A stretch of DNA of 64,000 bases, taken from NCBI GenBank assembly GCA_964252035.1, contig OZ176204.1. One strand, given 5' to 3'. The translations under genes and the position numbers were made by a program. Shown in pieces: positions 12,101 through 24,100 of the stretch; the first letter of the stretch is position 1; each line of letters begins with the position of its first letter. The stretch is from Podarcis erhardii (taxonomy: Eukaryota). The notes beneath the pieces are model-generated. The model saw only the letters and a list, made by a program, of their open reading frames with translations, had not been told where the DNA came from and ran no database searches.

Positions 12101-15100
12101 TGTCTCATGAGATGCATGAGAGAATGCAGCTGAGGGATATTGCAGCTATACAACCCTGGTTGATGTGTTTCCCAACCTTTGGTCTCCAGCTGTTTTTGGA
12201 CTACAATTCCCATCATCCCTGACCACTGGTCTTGCTAGCTAGGGATGATGGGAGTTGTAGTCCAAAAACAGCTGGAGACCAAAGGTTGGGAAACACTGGA
12301 TGTTACCACTTTTTCTTTCTTTTATGCAAATTGCTTTGTTTAGCCAGCACTACTAATAGCACTCTTAATTCTTTGTGTCATGTATAAAGAGTCGTGGCTG
12401 CTCTTACACTTTTTGAAAAGTGGACTGTCTTAGGGATTGTCTCAGTTTTACGTGGGATTTTCCTCAGGTGCGGCTGCTGCTGCTGTGATGTCCAGTTCTA
12501 AAGTGACAACTGTTCTGAGGCCAGCTTCACAGTTGCCAAATGCAGCGACAGCTCAACCAGCAGTTCAGCACATCATTCATCAACCTATCCAGGCAGGTGA
12601 CAATTGTGCAGTATGATTGTTGTTGTTGCTTTCAGATTCTTTTGGGCTTTTCTTAAGTGGGAAACCACTTACATAGTTAAATGAACTGTGAAATCTGACA
12701 ACTGGTTCTTGTGACTCAAATTCTTCAGCATTGCAGGCCAAGATTTAAAGACCCTGTAAAGGGAGCAAACTAATAATATTATCCAAAGAGTGAACTTCAG
12801 ATTAACTCCCACAGTTAAGAGCTCTCCATTTTGTTTGAAGCCCTCCTGTTAATGGTTGGTTGGCTTTTAGCTCCATTTGTGTGCAGTAGTGGCTGGCACA
12901 GGTGGGGCTGCATTGCTTTCCTGACTTCCCAGTGCTGCACTTTGCTGCCAGTTACTAAGGGGGATAAGCAAGGCAGCAGGGAGCTGAGTGTGGTGCAAGC
13001 ACAGTTGTGGGGCCTACCATGCCAAGCTCTGTTTATATGTAAAATAGTTCCTAGTTTGTAAGGTTGCCAACAGTTTTTCTTTATAATATGTTTACAAAAA
13101 TGATCTACATATTGCTAAGGGAGAAAAATGTGTCTGGCAATCAAATTACCGTATTTTTCGCTCCATAAGACGCACTTTTTCCCTCCTAAAAAGTAAGGGG
13201 AAATGTGGGTGCATCTTATGGAGCGAATGCAGGGGGGGGGCAGGCAGGAAAAGCCCCCAAGAGCCACACACAAGCTCCGTGCGGCTCTTGCGGGCTTTCC
13301 CCCAGGAGCGAGAAGGGACTGACGCGGCTAGTCAGTCCCTTCTCCCTCCTCATAGAAAAGCCCGCAGAAGCCACGCGCTCCTTAAAGGGTGCACGGCTCC
13401 TGTGGGCTTTTGCGGGAGGTGGGGGAATTGCCATAGTCAAGCGCAGCCTCTCTCGGCTGGAGAGGTTGCGCGCAGCTAAAGAGGAAGCCAAGACAGCGAG
13501 CAGGATGGATCCCGCTCGCTGTCTTGGCTTCTTTGCTCTTTGGGGCTGGGGAGGGATTATATTTTTTTCTTGATTTCCCCCTCTAAAAACTAGGTGCGCC
13601 TTATGAGTGAAAAATATGGTATCTGACCCTTAGGAGGCTCAGAGGTCCATTTTTACAAAGTTTTGCTATGTGTAATTTCTTTACATTTTAGGCAGTGAAT
13701 AATTTTTTTAAAATTATTGGTTGAAAGCCCTAATGTAATACTTTTTCCTTACGTACCACAGTCCCGGCCTCCTGTGACAACTTCAAGTACCATCCCTCCT
13801 GCTGTAGTAGCAACAGTGTCGGCCACGAGGGCCCAATCACCTGTTATTACAACAACGACAACACATGCCACAGAAGCTACCCTCAGGTAACCAGTATACC
13901 CATTAATAGTACAACCATAGATATGTTTATTTGGAAGTAAGTCACTCTGTGCTCAGTGGAGCTTACTCCCTAGTAAATGTGTCTTGGGATTGCTTTCTTA
14001 AATAAAAAAAGGTACATTCGATGATTTAACTGAGGGCCACTTTACACAATACAGTGGTGCCTCGCAAGACGAAATTAATTCGTTCCGCAAGTTTTTTCTT
14101 CTTGTGAGTTTTTCGTCTTGTGAAGCACGGTTTCCCATAGGAATGCATTGAAAATCAATCAATGCGTTCCTATGGAAACCGCCTTCAGACCAGGTCCGGG
14201 GACAGTCTGTCCCCCGACCTCTTCTGAAGGCTGGGGGGGGGGGAACAAGGGCTTTTCTTCCCACCGCCAGCCTTCAGAAGGCTGTTCTGAAGGCTGGCGG
14301 TGGGAAGAAAAGCCCTTCTCCCCACCTCCCGCCCCGCAAGCTCCGGGGACAGGAGGGCTTCACTGCCACCCGCCAGCATTTTAAAAGCCCCCGGGACAGC
14401 GGAGGTCTTCTGAAGGCCGGCGCGTTTCTCCGCTATCCCAGACGGCTTTTGAAGGCAGGCGGGGGGGGGAGCAAAGACTTTTGCCCCCCGCCGGCCTTCA
14501 GAAGAGGTCCAGGACCTCTTCTGAAGGCCGGCGGTGGGTGAAAGTCTTTGCTCCCGACGGCCAGCATTTTAAAAGAGGTCCCCGGAGATTTCCCTATGGG
14601 CTTTCTTCTTGCGAAGCAAGCCCATAGGGAAATTCGTCTTGCGGAACGACTCAAAAACGGAAAACTCTTTCGTCTTGCGAGTTTTTCATTTTGCGAGGCG
14701 TTCGTCTTGCGAGGCACCACTGTATGGCCATCTAATGGGAGCTGCTTCAAACTGCCTCCCTAGGCAGCTGCTCCATGAAAGGAGCCATTCTGTGTGCAGC
14801 ATCTTGCTATGCAGCTAAGCACCCTTTCACATGGTGGCCATATAATGTGAAACAGCATTGATTGAACTCTCCAGAAGAAATGCTGTTGGTGCATTAATTC
14901 ATGTAATGCACAATGAAGAAGCCATTCTAAGCTCCATTGTGGTGTCTCTTCATAAAATGAGTCGACGGACTGTTAAGTGCTTTCAGAAAAAGAACCTTAG
15001 ATTGTCTTTTCCAGCCGGCCAACACTGTCAATTCAGCAGCACCCACCTTCTGCACCTATCAGTATTCAGCGCCCTGCACAGCCACGGGATACAGCAACCA

Positions 15101-18100
15101 GAATTACCCTGCCGTCCCATCCAGCCATAGGTACACAGAAACAGCAGCTTCACACCATGGCTCAGGTAAATATTATAAGTGAGATCAGTGCAGTTTCTTC
15201 CATGTTGTTGTCTGACTTTTACCATATGGTTTTATAAGGTAGTTGAATGAGGTTTCATGACATAGCATGAAACATATTGTTGGCCTGGACAGGGGGTGGG
15301 AAACTTCCAACCCACAATCCTCCATTCCTAAGTCTGGAGCTTCTTTCCTTTCGGGAACACAGTCTGCCTCCTTGCTTTCTTTAATCTGCCAAGCAAGTCT
15401 AGCCTTCCTTTCCTCTTCTAGGCTGCTGCTTTTCTACTTGGTGTTTGATATACCTAGCATCTTTCTTTTGCTCAGTCCTCTAGTGTTGCTGTAAGAGGCT
15501 TAAAAAGCCCTCTTGGTTCATGGCATCCTGCTATGCTGTGGCTGATAGTCTAGGTAGCTTGTGGACTCTCATGAGCTGGTCACTTAGACCAACAATGGGA
15601 GCCCATCTACTCCAGCTCCTCTGTAAAGCATCAGATCAGGGGAAGTGCCATCTCTGTTCCAAGATGCCAAAATATGCCAATCATGGTTTCTTGACAGACA
15701 ACTTTTTTCCCCCTGCAGAAAACAATATTTAGTACTGGTGCTCCAGTGGCAGCAGCAACTGTGGCCCCTATTTTAGCAACCAATACCATTCCTTCGGCAA
15801 CTACAGCTGGTGAGTATCTACAGCTCAGCATTTCTTATGCACAAATACAAAAACCATTAATAGGGTTGATGTATCCTGCTTAAAAAAAGCCCTTTATCTC
15901 TGATAATTATTGAGTGGCACAATAAAATTAGTGTATGATTTTAACATGTGATTTTGGAGGCTAGGCACACATGGAAAACACTACCCCAGTTACTGCAGGA
16001 GCAGGCTAGGGGTCTAGCTGTTCTACAAGGAGCAACAGAAATTTCCCAGCTTAGAAGTGATATACATTTTCTGTCAAAGGCACAGACTCTGAAGAATGTT
16101 TAATTGTGTGTGTACTTTTCTTCCTTTCAGGTTCTGTATCCCACACTCAAGCACCTACAAGTACAATTGTCACAGTGACTATGCCCTCACACTCCTCCCA
16201 TGCAACGGCTGTGACCACCTCAAACATCCCTGTCGGTAAGAGAGCATTAGTTCTGAGCTTCATTGTCCTTTGATCTATCATTTTATTTTCTGCTGGGGCA
16301 GAATGGACTAGGTACATCAGGGGTGAGGAAACTTCTTTGCTTCCCACAGGGCAACTTTGACAGGTGTCTGGTTCCACCTACCTGCTGAAACCCCTTGTGT
16401 GGGGTTTCCAAGCTTGAGAACTACAGCACAACGGGTGTTGTCAGCCCTGTGCTTTGCAACCCTCCCTGCGCTGCTCCTTTCTGCCCGTCTTGTTAAAGGT
16501 GAAAAGTAGCTGCACTGGGTGGCTTCAAACAGTAGTGCTGGGCAGGAGAAGCAGGTTCCCCTCCTTGAGCAAGCCATGCTCCTACTACCCACCAGTTGAA
16601 TGGAGGTTGGGAGTGCATCTTGCTCCAGCAAAGGAACAATCAGTATCTGTTTCCTAGTATGAATCTACTACAGTTTACTTTGTGAATAACTGGGATGTCT
16701 TTTTTCACTGTACAGCTAAAGTAGTCCCACAGCAAATTACGCACACTTCCCCTCGCATCCAGTCTGATTACACTGCAGAGAGGAGTAATCTCATTCCTAT
16801 ATCTGGGCACCGGGCATCTCCAAACCCAGTTGCCATGGAAGCTAGAAATGATAACAGGTAACTGAACGAATTTACTCACTTAGGATAGGTACTTAATCAT
16901 CTTGGTTATATTGCATGTATGTTATACGTGAGGACATCTGCAAAAATATAATGAAATGTGTTTTGATCTCTCAGTTAACTTCAGTATCCAAAGCTAATCC
17001 TATGCGCACACATATCTGAGAGTAAGCCCAGTTGAACTTGGTAAGATTCGTTTCTGAATAGATGTGCATAGGATTGCGCCAGCTAAGACTTTGCATATTT
17101 CTGATGAAAGAAGCGCTTGTGATTTTGGATTGATTTGAACCAATCGGGCTGAAAAGACATCTAGGTAACCAAGCCACAATTTATGCTTCCAGTTCTGTGA
17201 GTTATGGACAGTGCTCTTCAGATTCTACAGTTTGTTTAAAAGGGTGTGGATTCAGGGAATTGTCAGGTTCCTGAGGAGCAAATAATGCTGCATGTCAAAT
17301 TTGACTCCTGCATTTCAGGGCAGCTGTAGATGAAGGGAAAGGAGCTGCATTGTTAGGAAGTGGAAATAGTGTCAGGTGTATACATGTTCTACAAGCAGAC
17401 TACATAGTGACATGAAGTATGTGCAAATGTAGAAACTCTTTCACTTCACTTCTTATGTTTACTCTTTATTGAATTATACTGTTCAACATTGTCAGGGTAT
17501 AGAAAGAGGGTTTGAATTTGGAAGCTTTTTGGGTGTCCTTCCAAGTAGGTAAATGTGATGGCGCACAAAGAAGCTAGCAAACCAGAACTGTCAATTGCAT
17601 TGCAACAAAGGTTAATTAACAATCACTGCTACAGTTCATTTGAAGGCTACAATTATACTGTTGTGTCTAACATTTAATTTATCTTCATTCCTCTAGACAG
17701 TCAGTACCTGTTCAATTCCAGTACTTCTTACCAACATATCCACCTCCTTACCCTTTGGCTGCCCACACTTACACACCAATTACCAGCTCTGTATCCACTA
17801 TACGCCAATATCCTGGTAAGGAATCTCAAAGTTTGATTTACAGAAGAGTTTTAGAGCAGCTACATAAATGAGCTTTCTGCATAAACTTTTCTTTTTTAAG
17901 TTCAAAGTGGGGTTCCAAAGTACTTTGGGAAACAAGCAAAGGTTATCTGGCAAATTTAATATTTAAATAATTAAAAAACCCTCTCTGCAAAGCTTGCTCA
18001 AGTCAAGATAATGATGAAGCAGATCATTTTGCTAAAGACTTCCGGCTTCGCAATGGGTTTTTCTCTCCCTCTCCTCTTCCCCATGCCCTCCCCAAATCTG

Positions 18101-21100
18101 CTCAGGAGAATTGGGGGAATCCCCAGAAAATACTGGGGGGTGCACTAGGGGCCGAGAAGGAGAGGAAATTCCATTGCACAGCTAGAGCTCTTTGTGCCAA
18201 CAGAACTACTTTGGTGGCTACAGCATATGGTCTGTTTTTTTGACCCAAAACATAGTGACTACCAAGGGGAATTTTTAATCTAAATGATTTGGGGAATTCT
18301 GCAGTTTTTAAGTTTTGGTGATTTGCTGTTCTGAAAAATTGGTATTTTGTAATTACTCTCAAATTGACTTGTTTGTTTCTTGTGATTTGTATTACAATGG
18401 CTACTGCTACAAACAATAACAAAAATCCTCCTGACAGTCCTCTTCCACCCTTCTCTTGGATGTCCTGTTGTTTTTGGAAATGGGGGTTTGCTGTTAAATC
18501 TAAATTGGCAAATTGTGGTTTGTGCAAGCTCTCCAAACCAGGACTGACAGTGTGAAATAACTTCTAATAGCTTGACAATTGAGGTGAAAGTTTAACTGGC
18601 GAGTCTCTGCTTTGTGTTCTCAGCCATTGTATTACATGAGCTCCACGTTTACAGCGTTCAGCTGCTCTATTCCAAACTACTGGAATATCCAGTAATAACC
18701 ACTTCTAAATTACTTCAGCTAATCAGAAAACTTGTTATAGCTAGACCCTAGCTGTGAAAGGGCCATATGTTTTCCTTGGAGTATTGGAATACATCTTTTT
18801 CTTTGCATATATAACCTCAACAGTCCTCATGAGGATTATTATAATTCAGCTTTAGCATTATGAAGCCACTGTTGCTGCTGTATAAACATAATGCTGGAAG
18901 GGCTGGCTTATGAATCTTATTTAATCTGTTGGCATCTTCAGCAGGACCACAGATGTGTGCATAAACTACAAGTATTTAAATACAAAATCTAACAATGCTG
19001 CTTGGCAACACAAGATAATAAATTGGCTGTTTTGTGTGGAAGTAATTAAGTCTATTGTTTGGTATTTCCAGTTTCAGCTCAGGCGCCAAATTCTGCCATA
19101 GCAGCTCAGACTGGAGTAGGAGTGGCCTCCACAGTTCATCTTAATCCCATGCAGCTGATGACAGTGGATGCATCTCACGCCCGTCATATTCAGGGCATCC
19201 AGTCTGCACCAATTGGTGCACAGGGTATACAACCAGCACCCATCAGTGCACAAGGAATACAGTCTGCGCCAATTGGAACCCAAGGGCTACATCCAGCTGC
19301 CCCAATTGGCACACAGGGTCTTCAGACTGCACCAATGGGTGCTCAACAGCCACAAACTGAAACCAAGACATCAGGTAACTAGCCAAGAATGCTTGTGTTG
19401 TGAGCAAAATTGTCCATAACTATTCCTCTTGGGGTTTGCTTTTTAATTAATCGTGTACTTATGGCTGCAATACTACTATGAACACCTGCTTAGAAGTTCT
19501 GTTGAGCTTGGTGGGGTTTATGATTAAAAATGCATAGGTCTGGGCTGTCACTAATGTGGACAACTGCCATTTCTGTTTCTGAATCAAACACACTGCTAGA
19601 GTCACTTAAGCATTTTATTTTGTTTACCAGTATCTGCTGTTCCCTATCTCCTAGCAAAAATATATGATCAAGTTTGTGGGTGGTTTTCTTAAGCTATGGC
19701 TAATTAGAGTTTTAATCCTGTGTATACATTTTTGAGGGGACGCGGGTGGCGCTGTGGGTAAAAGCCTCAGCTCCTAGGGCTTGCCGATCGAAAGGTCGGC
19801 AGTTCGAATCCCCGCGGTGGGGTGCGCTCCCGCTGCTCGGTCCCAGCGCCTGCCAACCTAGCAGTTCGAAAGCACCCCCGGGTGCAAGTAGATAAATAGG
19901 GACCGCTTACTGGCAGGAAGGTAAACAGCGTTCCGTGTGCTGCACTGGCTCGCCAGATGCAGCTTTGTCACGCTGGCCACGTGACCCGGAAGTGTCTCCG
20001 GACAGCGCTGGCCCCCGGCCTCTTGAGTGAGATGGGCGCACCAACCCCAGAGTCTGTCAAGACTGGCCCGTACGGGCAGGGGTACCTTTACCTTTACCTA
20101 TACATTTTTGAGAGAGCCCCATTGAACACCTTGAGTTAACATTCGTAGAACTGAGCAGCAGATAGTTTTAAAACACTAAGCCTGATATCCAATTTTGGTT
20201 ATACTCTTAGTAGAGCAATGTAAAAAGACGGACTTAAGTCTATTGAGTTCAGTTGTTCTTCTGCTCCTGAGTATCATTTGGATGGCTGTCTCCTTAAATT
20301 TGGCATTTGTTGAGCAAGCATAGAATGGAACAACATTCCCACTTCTTATTTTAAGAGAAACAGTTTCTGGTTAAATTTCTCTTGCTTTTGTCTGCTACCT
20401 CCCTATAAGCTTTTTGTTCCTTCCATTAGTGGTCTTGGCAGATGGAGCCACTATTATGGCCAATCCAATCAGCAATACATTCAACACTGCTCCAGCTTCA
20501 ACTACAGTGGTACAAACCCATAGTCAGAATGCCAGTTCTAGTACACCAGCCCAGGGTTCATCCCCTCGCCCAAGCATTCTCCGGAAGAAACCCACTACAG
20601 ATGGGTGAGTAAAATTGCAATTGCTTTGATAATGTGCAATCTGCTTGCCACTGTACAAGAAATAGTGTCGTATCTAATAAAAGCATCCTGTTGGTGCAAG
20701 GATTTGTGCCCGCGCAACGGGATTTCCTCTCCCTCCGCAGCCCCCCCCCATGTCTTCTGTGGGTTCTCCAGTCCTCTGTAGGAGATTTGGGCCAGGTGTG
20801 CAGGGGTGGGAGAGGGAGAAGTCTCATTGCACGGATGAAAGTCCTTGCACCGACAGTACAATATTGTTGGATACAGCCTTGTAGCAGTCTGTTCATCAGT
20901 CGTCTTATGTATGCTGAGCATTATGACAGAACCAATAAAACATGTGAGAACTCATGGAATATGTATTTATTAGTGAAGACTTATACCCTGCCTTACCTCC
21001 AGTATGTAGCTCAAAGCAGCTTACAAAAACAGAGATGTGTGTATTTTTTAAAAAATTCAAAACTAAAAACAGAGTAACAGATGAGTAAAATAGAAGAGTA

Positions 21101-24100
21101 AAAACACTTCAACACAGGGACCAGGCAATTTCTTAAAACTAGCCACTGTAGGGGGCAACTGTATTTCTTCAGGAAGTAATTTTCATAGTCTGGAGTCAAC
21201 GGTGCAGGGAGCACTACAGAAAATGCCTTGTCTCATGTCAGCAGCCTCCTAGCATTTTATGTGTGTGTGACCATAAGCAGGGCCTCAGTGCTGATTTCAA
21301 GGCACAAGTTGGACAGCATAGGGAGAGCTGTTCTTTTAGATAACTAGGTGCCAGGTTGTTCAGGGGTTTATATGCTAATAGCAGAACTTTGAATCAGGCC
21401 CAGTAACTCACAAGCAGCCAGTGCAGAACCTTAGGAATTAGTGTTACATGACCCAGGCTGTTCAGCAGCATTCTGCACCAGCTGTAGTTTCGTTACCATA
21501 CAAGGAAAGAGTTCTGTCACCTGTGTTTGGTCAAACCCGCTTTACATCCTAAGTAATCTATGCTCTAGCCATCTTCCGACATGTTTCATTGCCCAAAGTC
21601 TCTTGGGAAACCAGGACTGGAGAGGGCCCCTAGGTGCAATTGTGTCAGTGGCCTATATCATCTTGCTTTTCCACAGCAAGACTAGGGTCTTGACAGGAGA
21701 GGCAGCTGTTCTGTTTGGAAAATTTCCCTGCGAATTCAGGAATCTTTTGGATTCCATTAATCTGCTGGAGCGAACAATTCTAATCAGCCCCCCAGCTGGA
21801 GCCTATATAGGATAAATACAGCAGAAGAGAATATTAGTACACCGCTTTTAAATTAAGCAGCCTTGGCAACTATTGTAATAGTTTTGCTTTTCAGAAACTA
21901 CTATATTCATGGCTGTTTTGCAGGTTGGCGGTTAGGAAAAGCCTCATCCCTCCGCAGCCATCTGAGGTATCTGGCGCTCGAGTGGAAAGCTCAATGAGGA
22001 GTGCATCTGGATCGCCAAGACCAGCTGGGTAAGATCTCATAATAAAAAGATATGTAAAGCATTCGAAGTACTGTAATTCTAACTTGGCAAAAAGGTGAAA
22101 GAGATGCTGGCTGTTCTTACCCATTGCAAAATAATAAGCTCCGTGGAGACAGCTGGTGCATACTTACTTCTGGGTAAATGGGAGTTCAGTGAAATATTCA
22201 GTGATGATCACTGAGCTGTGCAAGCAGATTAGGACCTGGGGAACATAAAATAGGGAGCTATTTTAAGAGTATTGAATTACTTTTTCTCAGATCACTACAA
22301 TATGCACATATTGGCCATGTTCAGATATAAGCCTACGCAAAGCCATAGTTAGGCAAGATAGTCTTGCCAATGAGCCATATGATGCTGCCTACAGTTTTAG
22401 CATCCCTTGTTTTTCTCTCCCCTTCTTTGAGTGGGAAAACAAACCACAGAGCAGGCGGCTTATTGGATCAGACAAAAATGTGTCGTCCAAAATGGGGTCC
22501 AGTGTACTTTCTTATCTAGATGGTCCAAACCAGCACTCCTGGTTCCTTTCTGCATTTGAAAAAAACATGACCAGGAAGCCAATGTTCTTGGTTTCCTGAA
22601 TGTGATTTCTTGGGGAGAAACAAATCAAAGGTTCTGATTCAGGCATAATGCTAAAACCTCTTTCATTTCGTACCTCATTTTTTGATATAGCACTGGAACC
22701 CTAAGCTTGTTGCTTTCTGATGTTTTTACATGGTATTGTCAAGATTCTGAAGAAAAGGCATTAAACTTGGTGACTGTATTTCACCATTTCTGGTGGGCTT
22801 GTACTACTTAGATTCTGGAAACCCAGACTTCCATCTACTTATGTGATGTCACCATATTGTAAGATACATTTCTAGAAAACTGGAAAGGGAAAAAAAACCA
22901 GAACAAAATTAATCTTTCAGAGGCTCTGCATTTCTATACAGTCATGGTAGTAGGATCTTGAATAAGTGAAACTGCTAACTTTTTCCTTTTTTCCTTTTGG
23001 TTTGTTTCATCTAGTGCCAAGCCAAAACCAGAAATCCATGTGTCTATGGCCACTCCAGTGACTGTATCTGTGGAGGCAGTATCCATTCAGAGCAATGAAC
23101 AACCTCCAATTGCAGTCCCCACTTCCCAGCAGCCACCAGCTGCCATTCCAACCATCATCACAGCAGCTAGTCCACCTTCGCAGCCCACGGCTGCCCTGTC
23201 AACCATTCCAGGAACTGTTCCTGCTGCTGCACCGACTTCAACCACAATTGTGGCAGCTCCTCCACCTCCACCAGCCATGGGTGGCGTCCTCTCTACAGTA
23301 TTGGGCCCCGTTGTGCCAGAGATAAAAATAAAAGAGGAAGTGGAACCCATGGATATAATGCGGCCAGTCTCAGGTAGATTTCTGCTTAAGCAATCACAAA
23401 TGAGATGCTCAAAGTAGGTACAAAAGCCCCACAGGAGATAATAATTAGAAAGGGCCATAGCTAGCATGTCACTGAAAGCTAAAAGTTGCATAGTTAAAAT
23501 GGCAGGTAGAAATAAAAGAATACAGTGGTACCTCTGGTTATGAACTTAATTCGTTCCGGAGGTCCATTCTTAAGCTGAAACCATTCTTATCCTGAGGCGC
23601 GCTTTCACTAATGGGGTTCCTGCTGCGCAATTTCCGTTAGCATCCTGGGGCAAAGTTCGCAACCAGGAGCAGCTACTTCTGGGTTAGCGGAGTTCGTAAC
23701 CAGAAGCGATCATAACCAGAGGTACCACTGTACACTTGCTATTAAAGTTTGTGGAGAGATCAAACATTAGTGCTTAATTCTGCTCTGTAGTAAACACTAA
23801 GAGAACAGTTGTGCAGCCTTATAGTGAGAAGTCTCTGTTCAAGGCTTTCACTCTTAAATTCAATTTGTTAAGGAATTTCCTGTAAGTTACTTTTGCCGTA
23901 GTAGTTTGCATGTCAAACACAAACTGCCAATCGATTGCACTAAGGGTGCCTTGCAGCTTTATTGGGAACTGAAAGAGCCCAAACGCTGTCGTAGTAACCA
24001 TAATCCCAGAAAAAAAAGAGATCAGGGAGGATTGAAACAAAATACTTCGTCTGCTTAACTCTGCTCACTCTTATTCATGACGTAAGGCCAAACCATTCAA

